Source: Cyanophora paradoxa CCMP329
Lineage: Eukaryota; Plantae; Glaucophyta
Direction of reading: 5' to 3'
NCBI GenBank assembly: GCA_004431415.1
Contig: QPMI01000581.1
Span: 36,021-100,020, forward strand
DNA: 64,000 nucleotides
This document shows, piece after piece, positions 48,801 to 61,589 of this stretch; the stretch's first letter is position 1; each line of letters opens with the position of its first letter. The position numbers and the translations under genes were made by a program. The notes under the pieces were generated by a model, which was not told where the DNA came from, searched no databases, and was given only the letters and a program-made list of their open reading frames with translations.

Positions 48801-51800
48801 TTGAGTAATATGTGTGATTACCTTGATCGATTGGTTGTTCATTATTATGGATTTGCTATTAACATTTCCATTTACTGTAAGATTTGTCGAGATTGTTCCC
48901 CCAGTCAATGGAAGACAACCACCAACCAAATTATTCACAGTTGTTGTTTCCGCCTTTGAAGCCAACCAGCCTTGGACAACATTGGAAGCTGTAAGAGGGG
49001 CTATTTGAGTGTTTACAGTTGTGGTGTTTGCTTTGCCAGACAACCAGCCTTGTACCACATTAGATGATGTCAGTGGAGCTATTTGGGTGTTGACTGTGAT
49101 TGTATCTGCCTTTGGAGCAATCCACCCCTGAACTACATTTGATGATGTGAGTGGAGCAATTAAAGTATTCACAGTAGCTGTATCAGCCTTTGGAGCTAGC
49201 CATCCCTCAACTACATTTGAGGCTGTCAGTGGAGCTATCATTGTTTCAACAGTAGCTGTGTCAGCCTTTGGAGCAAGCCATCCCTGAACTGTGTTTGATG
49301 ATGTAAGAGGGCAATAAGACCTTCAACAGTACTTAAATCAGTCTTGGGAGCAATCCATCCCTGAACTACATTTGAGGCTGTCAGTGGAGCTATCATTGTT
49401 TCAACAGTAGCTGTATCAGCCTTCGGAACAAGCCACCCCTGAACTGTGTTTGATGATGTAAGAGGGGCAATAAGACCTTCAACAGTACTTAAATCAGCCT
49501 TGGGAGCAAGCCATCCCTGAACTACATTTGAGGCTGTCAGTGGAGCTATCATTGTTTCAACAGTAGCTGTATCAGCCTTCGGAACAAGCCACCCCTGAAC
49601 TGTGTTTGATGATGTAAGAGGGGCAATAAGACCTTCAACAGTACTTAAATCAGCCTTGGGAGCAATCCATCCCTGAACTACATTCGAGGCTGTCAATGGA
49701 GCTATCATTGTTTCAACAGTAGCTGTATCAGCCTTCGGAACAAGCCACCCCTGAACTGTGTTTGATGATGTAAGAGGGGCAATAAGACCTTCAACAGTAC
49801 TTAAATCAGCCTTGGGAGCAAGCCATCCCTGAACTACATTTGAGGCTGTCAGTGGAGCTATCATTGTTTCAACAGTAGCTGTATCAGCCTTCGGAACAAG
49901 CCACCCCTGAACTGTGTTTGATGATGTAAGAGGGGCAATAAGACCTTCAACAGTACTTAAATCAGCCTTGGGAGCAATCCATCCCTGAACTACATTCGAG
50001 GCTGTCAATGGAGCTATCATTGTTTCAACAGTAGCTGTATCAGCCTTCGGAACAAGCCACCCCTGAACTGTGTTTGATGATGTAAGAGGGGCAATAAGAC
50101 CTTCAACAGTACTTAAATCAGCCTTGGGAGCAAGCCATCCCTGAACTACATTTGAGGCTGTCAGTGGAGCTATCATTGTTTCAACAGTAGCTGTATCAGC
50201 CTTCGGAACAAGCCACCCCTGAACTGTGTTTGATGATGTAAGAGGGGCAATAAGACCTTCAACAGTACTTAAATCAGCCTTGGGAGCAATCCATCCCTGA
50301 ACTACATTCGAGGCTGTCAATGGAGCTATCATTGTTTCAACAGTAGCTGTATCAGCCTTCGGAACAAGCCACCCCTGAACTGTGTTTGATGATGTAAGAG
50401 GGGCAATAAGACCTTCAACAGTACTTAAATCAGCCTTGGGAGCAAGCCATCCCTGAACTATGTTTGATGATGTGAGAGGGGCAATTAGACCTTCAACACT
50501 AATTAAATCGGCCTTGGGAGCCAGCCAGTCCATTACTATATTGCTTGTGGGAATATTGGGAAGCGAAACATTTGAGTTCACAGTGAGATTTTCAATGACA
50601 ACGTTGGATGAAGGAAGGTAAAGGTACTCTCTCACCAAGGGTGGCTGAGTGACGAGAAATCCATACTTCTGCTGGATGTGATACCTGACTGTCTGCTTCT
50701 CTTCTGCTGATAATGCCCTTTTGAAAACAATTGTTTCTGCATGGTGTCCCCAATAGGGTGGGGTGACGTACCTAAGGTTCCCACTGGGAGGAAGGTAGTC
50801 GCCTTCAAAACTCCCCACATCTGTCCCATGAATGCCTATAACCAAATTAGTGCTGGAAACAGTAACATCATAGTAGCTCCATGCCTGTAATCCTGTGGAG
50901 ACTGTTAAAATTGCAGTACCAGAGCCACGTGTATTTCCATTGAAAAGATTTTCATGTAATCCAATATCCATCATTTGGCTCTCTGAATCATATGCCAGAA
51001 TCCCAATCTTGTAGCTTGTTGGAGTAATGGGGTCTGCGTCTTTGATTCCCCAAAATCCAAAGTGGAACGTGGGTCTCGCTACAACAAACACTGTCAATCC
51101 TGCTGAAAATTCAACAGTGGTCAATGGAGTGGTGTAGGAGATGTTAGTGCCACTAACATAAGCTTCCCCAAGAATATCCACGGTTGTATTAATGGATAAA
51201 TCAGGTGACGATAGACTGCTCAGTGTGGAAGAAACTTGATTGTATATGTTTGTGCCTGTTGTTGCCAAGTTGGTGGAGGCTTCCATTTCCAGAAACAATT
51301 CGGGATCTGGGATGGAATATCTGTTTCTCCTGTTACTTGGTAATATTCCTCGTAGGTTGGCGAAATTATTTGATCCAATGTCTTCTCAGTCTTTGCCCCT
51401 ACTGTTGGAACTGATACACTTGCTGCTTGAATGGATCCTGTCACTCTCAATCGCGATGCATTTAATACAAGTTTACTATTGTCTTTAGGAAGTGTTTGAA
51501 TATTCACAGGAAATCCGTAGAAGAGCTGAAGGTACCACCTTAAATTCTGTAGGTCTGTCTGGTTCAAAGCTTTTGCATAGAAAAGCATTTGACTGAAAGA
51601 AAAGTAAGATGAATCACCAGTCCCCACATCTATGTATTCCACTTGATTACTTGGTAGCCTTGAATTTGCTGTAACAGTGAAAGTTCCCCTTGTGACACCA
51701 TTAACACCAACAGAGACTGTTGTAGAAGTGATGGTGATATCATATAGAGTATATTTGGTCCATTCCTCTAATGTTATTCGTACCTTTACTGATGAGTCTG

Positions 51801-52931
51801 AGCTGATGCTGGCATAGGTACCATCATTCTTAGTGACATATAGGTAATAGCTCGGTGTAGGGAGATACTATACAGTCTGCTGACTGTCCATGTTTCATTA
51901 TTGTCAAGAGAAGTGAATCGAAGGATGCCTTCATGTGTTCCACTTGGAATGGCGCCAGAGCCTGTTGCCACAAATAACATGGTAACTCCTTGTGTGAAAT
52001 CTATGGTCGCATATGAACCAGTAACGGGACGTACCATATACTGATGCGGCCAACCACCATTTGGCTCAAATCCATATGCAGGTTTGCTGTTGATTTCGTT
52101 CACAGTTGCTAAATATTTGAAAGACGATGAAATTCCAATAAGGTAATTAATGAAATTGTTATAACCACCCACATAGTTCCCTTTCGCAAAGTTGTCCATA
52201 AGCCAAATGGTGGCATTATTGGTTTTTGTCCTTGTTTCCTTACTGGCATTAAAGTAAAGAAGGCATTCGCTAATGCTCAGTGGGTCAAACACATTGAAGT
52301 CAATGGGTTCTGTCATAAGATATGTGGAACCCATCATTAGTTTCTCTGTAATATTAAGGTTTCCGCTTATAGTTCCTCCTGTCAATGGCAGGTAGCCTGC
52401 CAGCCAACCCTTTGTGACATTGGAAGTGGTAAAATCTGCCAGCCAGCCTTTTACAACATTCGAGTCAGCAGATGCATTGGTCAGCCCTCTAATAACATTT
52501 GATGTCCAAGGCTCCGTGGCTACGGCTTCCTTTCTCAAATAAATACTTGAGGCTCCAATTGTATTGGCAACCAAAGGAACATCGAACTCTGCTGCTTCAG
52601 AGGATATATAGGCAGCTGTTTTTCCGGCATACACATTCTGCATATAATCTGTTGGGTGAATAAACACATTCGAGCAGAATTGGAATGCAAAGCCACCCTC
52701 TGCGTTAGAGTTCAAGGTTCGAAAGACTGTACCATCCAGAGCATCTATGTAGCCTGTCCCTTGATCAATGTCATATAAATGCCCAAACTCATGATAAGCA
52801 TCATTCCAGAGATTTGAGTGACCTCCTATATGGGGAACATACTTGAGCAGCAGCTGGTTATTGTGGGATGGAATAGCAGGATCCTCTACTAAATATGTGT
52901 CAATGGCAATCGGAGTTGTAATGGAGGTCAT
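45801..52931 (-). CDS. Giant tail-fibre-like protein (~2370 aa after frameshift repair) with LamG-like domains, 26-aa shaft repeats and a C-terminal peptidase-S74 intramolecular chaperone
   Basis: ORF pieces 51786-52931, 51220-51642, 49238-51298 and 45801-49241 are colinear. EIVVYNRALS (LamG-like), YLPLTGGTISG, SDRRYKTDI...LGLIAQDV..IIPEVV...IEYTALIP.LIEAVKEL. Confidence 0.78.
48920..50530 (-). repeat. Coding tandem repeat: 78-bp monomer organised as 156- and 312-bp higher-order units
   Basis: KADLSTVEGLIAPLTSSNTVQGWLVP alternates with KADTATVETMIAPLTASNVVQGW(I/L)AP, and I/L also alternates. Confidence 0.93.
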
Positions 52932-52946
52932 TTTATAATTAAGCTT

Positions 52947-55900
52947 CTATAAATTATTTGGAATTGTTTCATCCTTACTTGCTCTACCTTCCCTTCTTGC
53001 AATCTCTTTCATGAACTGTGCATCCCCTGATGGTGCCTTGTTTTTGGGTCCTCTGCCATTTCGTATAATTGAGCCTGTGGTACCCTCAGCCCCAGTAGCT
53101 TGGACAGCAACAGCCCCAGCTGCTGTTTCAGTGACAGTTGCCGAGGTTGTTGCAAATGCTGACCCTGCAGCAATCACGAATCTCAAAAATATATAGACCG
53201 CATACAAAGCTCCAGCCCCACCAGCTAGCGAGCCTATAACGATACCAACTATGCGACCTATATCTGGACCCCCGGTTGGTTGGTCAGTCGTTTTAGGTGT
53301 TTCTTTTGAGGGTGGATTATCTGGATTGGTTGGGGTGTCTGTTGGATCGGGTTCATCTTTTGGGTTGGTTGGGTCAGTGGGTCCACCTGTGCCACCTTCA
53401 GCAGTGAATGGCTGGGTGTAACCGCTTTTAAAGACAATAGGTGCATCTGCTGCCCCTCTGGTTGCGCTTCCTGATATTGTGCCATACTTGGACTGCAGGT
53501 AATTGAAAAGGGCTGTAGACACAGGTGGATGGGCAATCCCATGGCATACCCAAACATTGCAAGTGGTGTCATATGTGCTGTTGTTCACCAAGCTGGGCAG
53601 TGGGGTTGCTGAAAAGCTCTGCAGGAGACCATTTCGAGACAGCAGTCTTGTTCCTTCATTTGCGAATCCACCCTCGTAGAATTTATTGGCGGATAATGTG
53701 TTCTGTACATAAATATTGCAGCTGCTCCACATTCCCAGGGCAGAGTTGTATTGGGTGTGTACCTATCTCGCAATGTAAATGTCAGTGTCCATTCAAAGTC
53801 TGTTTGGATATACCTATTTTGATTTTTGGTTGCTAATGTTCCTGTGGATCCATTGAACGTGAAAGAATTAAAGAAGCTGTCAAATGTGTTGTTTTTGTAA
53901 TCGTAATAAATCATCAGGCCATCTGTGGAGGACTGGAGGGTGAAAAAGTCCTTCCAGTTCACATTCATAAATTGATTGGCATCAATGTCCACCCTTGGGT
54001 ACGACATGTTAACACTCTCTGATTGGTAAGGTACAAACGCAGCCCATTTCTTGTCATAAAGGTAGCCATACTTCACTGGATTCTCTGATTTGTAGTGGTA
54101 AGGAACTTTTACGGTAATTGTCTGTTCTCTCTGAGCAAAAGTACTGCCTACCACAAGGTTCTGGGTGCGGAGATTATCAGGATTAAAGGTCAAATAATTG
54201 CTGGTGTTGGTGATATTTGTGGTGAACACTGTGTTTCCACCGGATTGCCCAAAGACTGCCCCATTGATTGTTTTGACAAAGAGAGCATCTGTGTCAACTG
54301 GATAAGTGATCCGAAGGCGATCCTCTGGAGTGTATTGAGCTACATTGCCCACTGCTGTCCAGCCGATTGTGTAAGGAGGGGTGCCTTGATTGAAATACAA
54401 ACCTGCAGGGTACAAATTTATGTCTTGGTGAAGTGTGGTTGTGCCAACCGATGTGAATCCTGTATTTGTCACATTAGTCACACTAAAAGGGGATGTGGTT
54501 GTTGTAGCAGGATAGGTTATTCCATTCACAATTGTTGCTTTGAAGTATGTATTTGTATCTTGTAAAGTCACTGTGGGGGCTGATAGGAATGGGGTGGCAA
54601 AAGTAATATTATACACATGGGGAGGGTGCCATTCACTCTGTATTGATTGTTCATATTATAGCTCTGTAGATCAGCATAACCAAATTGCTTCGATCCTGTT
54701 TGGGATAAATTGCTTGAACCTTTCAGATTGTGGTATGAGATGCTTGGAGTTGTATCCGCCAAAAAACTGTTTACAGAGCTGATAGTGGATAGGTTAGTTT
54801 TGGTCATAAGGATTTTGTTTGTGTTCACATTGCTGGAGTACACACTCTGCCAGTTGCTGGATGCTGATCCTAGAGTGCGGCTCTGATCTTGGGGGAAGAT
54901 ACTTGCTGCCCGGATATTGCTATTTATTTTGATGTAGGGTTCTCCGTATATTGGAACATTATGTACAGCAGTTACATTAAATTTGAATGTGGCAGAATTT
55001 GCTACTTTAGTGATTGGGGTTACCATTTCAGGCATGGGCATGTTGAAAGTCACATCAAATCCTGTCATTGTAACATTCGTTATGTATGCCTGATCGTTGA
55101 TAACAGTGTTTGTTTGATCAAAGTAATCTGTCAAATCGAATATCGTGGCAGTTGGAAGCTCGGCTGGATCCGTAATACCAAATTCAGCCCATGTAAAGGA
55201 ATAGGTTGGAGGGGGAAGGTAAGCTACCATGTAGATACCGAGGATTTGAGTGGTGGCAGTTTCAGTCTTCGTAAAACTCTTTGTGTTCGTATAGGTTTGG
55301 GTTCCAATCTTCCCATCGAAAGTAATTGTAGCTTTTGAATCTGCATTGTTGATGAGAGTCAGGCTATTAAAATTTGCTTTGTTTGCATTTACTTCCATCC
55401 ACCTGAGATTGGAAAGACCAATTCTATACTTATTATCGGTTGCTGGGTAAATGTTCCTCTTTGCCAAAATGCTTGCCAATGTGATCGCAAGAACTCCATC
55501 TGCAGCGAATAAAGTATTGATCTCGGATTGCAGGGCTGCAATCTCGGTGCTGTGGGCAGTGAGGGTGGTGTCCTGGCTCGTATCTTTCGTATTTTTGGCT
55601 AGCTTGAAGTTCAAAAACTCTTTCACAATATCCTCTCCCAGCAGATTGTTTATGTTCTCCCTTGTGATATGCAAATGCCCAGTTCGAAGCGCTTGCTTTT
55701 CTGTGTTGAATACTGGGATCTCCTCTGCCATCGATATGGTGGTTTTATCCAGGGCGATCGATCGAACCACTGGAGCATTTGAGCCAATCGCTCCCACCAA
55801 TTCTCCATCCTGGTAAATCTCCAGCATGGGCTTTGTTGAATCTGCAGTGAAGGTCCCTCTGCAATTGGTGGAACATAGCTGCCATCCTTGATTACGAATC

Positions 55901-56453
55901 TATTTACTGAAATATTAGAAGTCAAAAGGTTGCTTGTCGATAATGTTCCTGCCTTGATTGTGTTCACTTCCAGGTTGCTCGTAAAAACATTGCTCGCTGA
56001 AAGATCGTGGGCTATTTCAACCTTTGTCTTTCGATTTGATACACCAGCAATTAGGGTGCTATTATCCGAAATTCGAAGGGCTGCATTCTGGTGACCCGTT
56101 TCATCCTGGACAAAGAAATTCAATCGACCCCTATCGAAGGACTTGGGTATGTTCCTTCGATTGTATTTAACTGTTTTGGGTATCTGGCGAGTTGCTTGGA
56201 TGCTTGCAACCCTATTCCGCTCGTTATCATCGAGCAGAAAATCGATTCCCAATTTATTATCTCCTGGCTCAACATTTACCAGCTGCAATGCGGCCGGTCT
56301 GCTGGGTGTTCCACTAATGGGATCCTCCCGATCCCCATTGAATTCAATTCTCAACGACCCTCTGATCTCTGGGTTTACCAGATCAATCGGCTCTTTCTCA
56401 GGGACTGAAACTTTAGCCTGCGGAATATCCGGTCGTGGATTCAAAAACGACAT
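52947..56453 (-). CDS. Large fibre-like protein (~1170 aa after frameshift repair): N-domain shared with ORF 21-4136, H-lectin-like domains, PT-rich stalk and one transmembrane segment
   Basis: Overlapping ORFs 55650-56453, 54568-55827, 53585-54616 and 52947-53732. Motifs FDRGRLNFFVQDETG, ITFATPFLSAPTV...IGWTAVG, IVGIVIGSLAGGAGALYAVYIFL. Confidence 0.65.
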
Positions 56454-56474
56454 ATCTAATAATATTATGTTTAT

Positions 56475-56884
56475 TTATTGTAAGGAGCTTTGTAGGGGAA
56501 CCTTTGCATTACTTGCATGTCCCACTTTTGAACGTTTAATTTTTCTTTGAGAATGGCATCAATATCGTGAGCTATTCCCATTGTTTTCAGCTGGGCGTCC
56601 TTTCCACAGGTAAATATGTCCAGAGCCAGCAGACCCGATCACTGTATGAGTGAGCAGTCACATGCGATTCATCCAGCAAAAAGCCAATCGCAAATCCCGG
56701 GGGCTGACCGATCCATCGAACACACAGGATTTCTTGTGGACTATACGAATCCCATTCGTCTTAATGGCAAGATCCAATGCAAGGGTGACCCATTCCGCAA
56801 ACTCCTCTGGGTCTCCTTGACTGGGTCGGTGATATAATCCAGAAAAACGTGGTAGCCTTGATATTTTAAGCAATTCAGATCCAT
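56475..56884 (-). CDS. speD: Second prokaryotic-type AdoMet decarboxylase (frameshifted)
   Basis: Repaired reading: YQGYHVFLDY...GIRIVHKKSCVFDGSVSPPGFAIGFLLDESHVTAHSYSDRGLLALDIFTCG. Two of the shifts are at C and G homopolymers. Confidence 0.82.
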
Positions 56885-56924
56885 TATTATAATGACCAGG
56901 GAAAATTTTTGTAATGTATGGTAA

Positions 56925-58397
56925 ATGAAAAGCATCCTGGCATTGAGTGGTGGGGGTTCTCGAGGAATTATTGAGGCTGCCATACTGGCCCAGATTGAAG
57001 CTCAAACAGGAAAACGAATCCAGCAGCTGTTCGATGTTTTTGCGGGAACATCCACAGGTGGATTAATTGCGCTTCTATTAAATATCAAAGCCCCTGATGG
57101 CAGTCCGAAATACACTGCCACCGATATTCTGGCTCTCTATAAGTCGAAGCTTCCGCAGATATTTGCAAACCCGAGAGTTCTCTCGTCAATTGTGCAGAGA
57201 CCCAAATATGAAGCCACCAATCTGGAGGCTGTTGCCCTGGAACTTTGCGGATCCGCAACAATGGCTGATTTATACAAACCGACTGTGGTGACTGCATTTG
57301 ATACAGTTCTGATGTCTCCGGTATTTATTACCAGCAACGATGAGGGGATCAATGGAATGCTGGTTCGAGATGCTGCAAGGGCTACTTCGGCTGCCCCAAC
57401 CTATTTCGAACCCAAACAGGTCACAGTCGCTGGGAGAACATACTGTTTAATCGATGGCTGCATGAGCGGAAATAATTCTCCCGGTGTCTGTGGCTACACA
57501 TTTGCAAGGAAACTGTATGGGAATTCGTGTGAGGAGGAATTCATAGTTGTCTCTGTGACTGCTGGTCACATTCAGGACTTGGACAAAGCCTCTGCCGGTT
57601 ATTCCTATGATACTATGAAGACCTGGGGGTTGTTCAGTGGATCCTAGGTGCAAGTGGATCTCCCATTTTGAGCATGCTGCTGGAATCGAGCGATCTGAAT
57701 GCCCACGAAAAGCTGCTGGAATTACTACCCAGAAACGATGATCAGAACTACGATCGCTATTATAAGCTGAGTGTTCCTCTGCCCCAAAACAAGATGGTCC
57801 TCGATAATATTACCACGAGCCACCTTCAATTCCTTGAAAACGAAGCTCTCAGCTTTGTTTCGGCCCAGCAAACTTATTTCAATGCTATGTATTCCATTCT
57901 GACCATGAACATGACAGAAGGGGATGTTCCCATTCAGAATCTCAGTGGCTGTACCGATCTGGCAGCCCTCCAGAGTCCAATTGGGTTCCTTTGGAGAACA
58001 GTGCTTTTTCCGCTGATTTTGGAACTGCTTCGAATGCTCGTTGGTCCAATGCTACAGGCTGGGTAGGATTCCCAAATCCCCACAGGGAACAAGATCAGGA
58101 GGGAATTTCCTTCGAATCGATTTCCCTCGTTTATTCATGCTTTCCTCTATAAAAATGAAACCTGCTGCCAATGGCAACTATATTAAAACGTTTGAGATCG
58201 ATTATCAAGCCACTCCTGGTGTATCATCTTTATCTCCCTACACTGAAGGTGGCTCAACGAGAGTGTTTACAAATACTGCTGGTGAAAACGAGCATGTTCT
58301 CGCAAATCCCAAGGCCATTCGAACCCTGCTTGTTTGGCCCCTCACCACAGAGGGAGCCTCTGCATGCAGAATTGATTTCGAGGGCTATTACGCTTAA
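56925..58397 (+). CDS. Patatin-like phospholipase, probably fused to a C-terminal discoidin (F5/8 type C)-like domain (frameshifted)
   Basis: LSGGGSRG, GTSTGG, SAAPTYF, DGC. The tail reads FLRIDF...YIKTFEIDY...IRTLLVWP....CRIDFEG. Confidence 0.8.
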
Positions 58398-59241
58398 TCA
58401 ATGAGCAGCTCCAGCTGGAATGAGTAAGAGAGTCCATTTAGATCCGCAATGTCCCCTCTCCATTTTCTGAGCGAGATTGTGAGCTTATCTAGGTCCAAAG
58501 GGGTTGTGACATTCACGAAGGGAACACTCGAGCTAGGCTCACTGTAAAACGAATATTTACCAAAATCGGAATTCATTTGGATCCTTAGTAAATAGGAATC
58601 ATCCGCAGGATTTTGCCTGCTAGTTGCTGCATTGAATTTCATAAATGGTCTAAGCTCCTCTACATCTAAGTAAATGTAAGCCAGTGCATTAAAGTCGATC
58701 ATTTTGGGGCAAACCAGTTGGTATCGGTCTTCAATTCCTGGTACATTTATTGGTCTTGCTTCGGTTGTGCTTTGGTAGATAGTATCTGGTTCAATGCCAA
58801 TACAGTCACAGAGTTCCCGATCTGAGCTTTGAATTGTGAATTGATTGCTGGGCGATGTGAATACAAGACGACTCATCCCTACATCTAAGAGAACTTTATA
58901 TGCCTCAATTCCAAGCGGGTTGAAGTTGCCCCACTAAATCCCAGAATAGAATCTGTTCCCAACGAAATATCTAGTGGAATCCTTCTCCCTTCAGAATTAA
59001 GAGTATAATAATCGTTGATACTTGGGACAGGATCCAGAAAATGAAAGGCTGGAATGCTCAGGGGTTGATCGCTGCCAAGGGCAGTGATTGTGAGTTTCTG
59101 GTCCGGTGGAACAACATAGCAGCTGTTGGGGATTTCCGCTGAGAGGATTCGGAATTTCCTTATATTGCTGATGCGATTTTTGAGATGCAGAACCCCATCT
59201 TCGAGATCCCTGCTGTCGCAATTTATCGTGATTCTTTTCAT
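58394..59241 (-). CDS. Minor capsid/penton protein 1 (frameshifted)
   Basis: ITINCDSRD...NIRKFRILSAEIPNS; YIYLDVEEL; LDKLTISLR..G...DLNG..YSFQLEL. Confidence 0.8.
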
Positions 59242-59257
59242 ACTTTATAATAGTAAG

Positions 59258-60167
59258 ATGAAAGAATATCTAAGCTTCTCTAGCGATGAGCGAGACCCCG
59301 ATTACACAGAACCGAACAGCTATGTAATTACCTTACCCAGGCGTTACGATAATGTAAAATCGGTTCGCTCGTTCAGGCAACAGTTCCCAATGTCATTTCC
59401 AATGTGTCCAAAGATATTGATAAAACTGGAGCAGATGTGAATCGAATGGACATCTATTTTTCGGTCACATCCGCTGATTCAGGCTTTATTACCATAACAA
59501 TTCCCAAAGCCACTACACAAAAGATTCTGTGGCGGAGAAGATAACAGAACTACTCGAGGCCGCTCGTGTCTCAAGTTTTGGAGGCATCTATATAAAATGC
59601 CGGTACAATCATACTGTAAAATGCTATGAATTTTTCAGTAATGCTAATTTCTGGTTCCGATTCACACTTGCTTCAGCTGATTCTCTCAAGCAATCCGATT
59701 CAGGTCCACTGTAAATCGAAAACTCCAGTTTCTTTGGTTTTAAATCGATCATTGCCTATTCCGGTGAACTGTTTACTCCTCCTGCCTCGGATACATTCTT
59801 AGTCTCTGGTGGCATCACACTGAATAGACGCATTCGAGGCTTCACCAGTGGAGATGAAACACCAGATCCATGCTCTGGCTCTACATCGATGAATTTGCTC
59901 CATTTATCCGGTCAGTTAATAAATATGTGGATGGCTACTTCATGAGAATCCCGATCCCTCAAGAGCTTGAGCATGGATCAATTTACCATTTCGATACATC
60001 AGTTACTGTCCCCTTGTCCGAGAATTTAGAGAATTAAAGTCGTTTGATCGCTTGACAATCAAACTTATTGATCACGATGGGAAGCTTCTCGATTTTGGAG
60101 CCTGGCAGCATTATTTCACCTTCGAATCGAAACCTACGATGCCCCTCCGCAAATGAATTTCTATTGA
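59258..60167 (+). CDS. Minor capsid/penton protein 2 (multiple frameshifts)
   Basis: YLSFSSDERD...PNSYVITLPRRYDNVKSVR at the start; FDRLTIKLIDHDGKLLDFG...YFTFE at the end. Confidence 0.65.
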
Positions 60168-60222
60168 TTCGCTAAATTATTTTCTACTGCGAAAAGTAGA
60201 GACTAACCCGCTCACTTCCACC

Positions 60223-61539
60223 ATGGAAACAAATTCGCAATTCCAGCGCCCAACCCTCAAGTCTATGCTTACAACCGATGATTACAAGGATTTCTTCCTA
60301 AACAAATCCCTTGTCATCGGTACCTCTTCAGGACCAAGCCCCTTCGAGTCCAGGTTGCTCCAGATACCGAGCCTTCCAATGCCCTTGGCACCGAGTCGTT
60401 TTCAAGATCCCTCGCTACCATTTCCTCAATGGCATAGCCCTTCAACTCGATCTGAACCCAATGGTGTTCGGTGAAAGCAACCTTTCAGGAGGCAATGCTG
60501 CTGCCTCTACTGGTTACCTCCGTGTAATCGGTTCGCTCATCAAGCGCATGGAGATTTCCATGGTGCTTTCCGCTATGTTGTCCGAGGATTCGTCACCCAA
60601 TATTCCTTCTCACAACCGAGACTGTGATTTTAGACAGACGCCTTCGTTATGTTGGTGGAGTAGTAGGAACTAACTATCATGGCAATACAAACGGTGGAAC
60701 CTATGAGATCGATCTGCCTTCACCCTTTGAGAAGGCTATGTTCCCACTTTGCGCTATGAACTCTGAGATAGTTGTTGAAATTGAGTTCAAGAATGTAACT
60801 GATGGTATTATTGAAGACACAGATGGCAAAACAGACATTGCAATTGCTGGAAGCTCTCTCAAAGTCCTCAAGCCCAGACTTGTCTGCAAGGTTGTCAATG
60901 CTGATGAAGCGGTTGTATCTGAAACAATTGCCAGAGTCAAATCCACTGGCATTGCCATCCCCTATAATGAGATTGGCTTCCTTCACACTGATTTCACCCC
61001 TACTGCCTCTGGCGCTCGTGTCAACCTTTCTCAGCTTACGGCGCTGGTTTAATCCACACTCTTGCATTCTCAGTTCGACAACTCGCTAAAGTGCGAACTA
61101 ATAATGGATCTGCATCAGTCCTTCGTCCAACTGCGCTTCGTACCAATGCTGTCAATTTCTATGTTGAGCTGAACAACAATCGCCTCTACTCCAACACTGA
61201 ACTACCTCTTTTGGTCGCTTCATCGGAACTCCAAGATAAATATGGCGCTGCTCTCTCTGCTGATGACTTGGCTTTTCCTGCTCTTTCAGGTATCTTCTTC
61301 GGTGCTGGCAATGGCAAAGCTGCCCTCCTTAACCAGGAGCAAACAGGCTATGTTGATGCCACAGGACATCAGCCTTTGATATTGTGTTTGGATTCAATGC
61401 AATTACTGCCGCAGGTGATCCTGGTAACACCGAATGGTACGCAGGCGGAAGCTATCAAAAAATGTACCTCCAATGCATGGCTCTCGCTCACAATATCCTC
61501 ATTGTTGGAGCCGATGGTATTCGTCGCGTCAGTGCTTAA
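60223..61539 (+). CDS. Major capsid protein of E6 (multiple frameshifts)
   Basis: TLKSML...LVIGT, YEIDLPSPF...MFPLCAM...VEIEFK, QTGYVD, IVGADGIRRVSA*. Homologous to 34615-35841 and 10796-11063. Confidence 0.78.
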
Positions 61540-61589
61540 ACTGATGACCAGAGTCAGTCTTATTTTTCTCTCGTTTTTATAGTGAAAAC

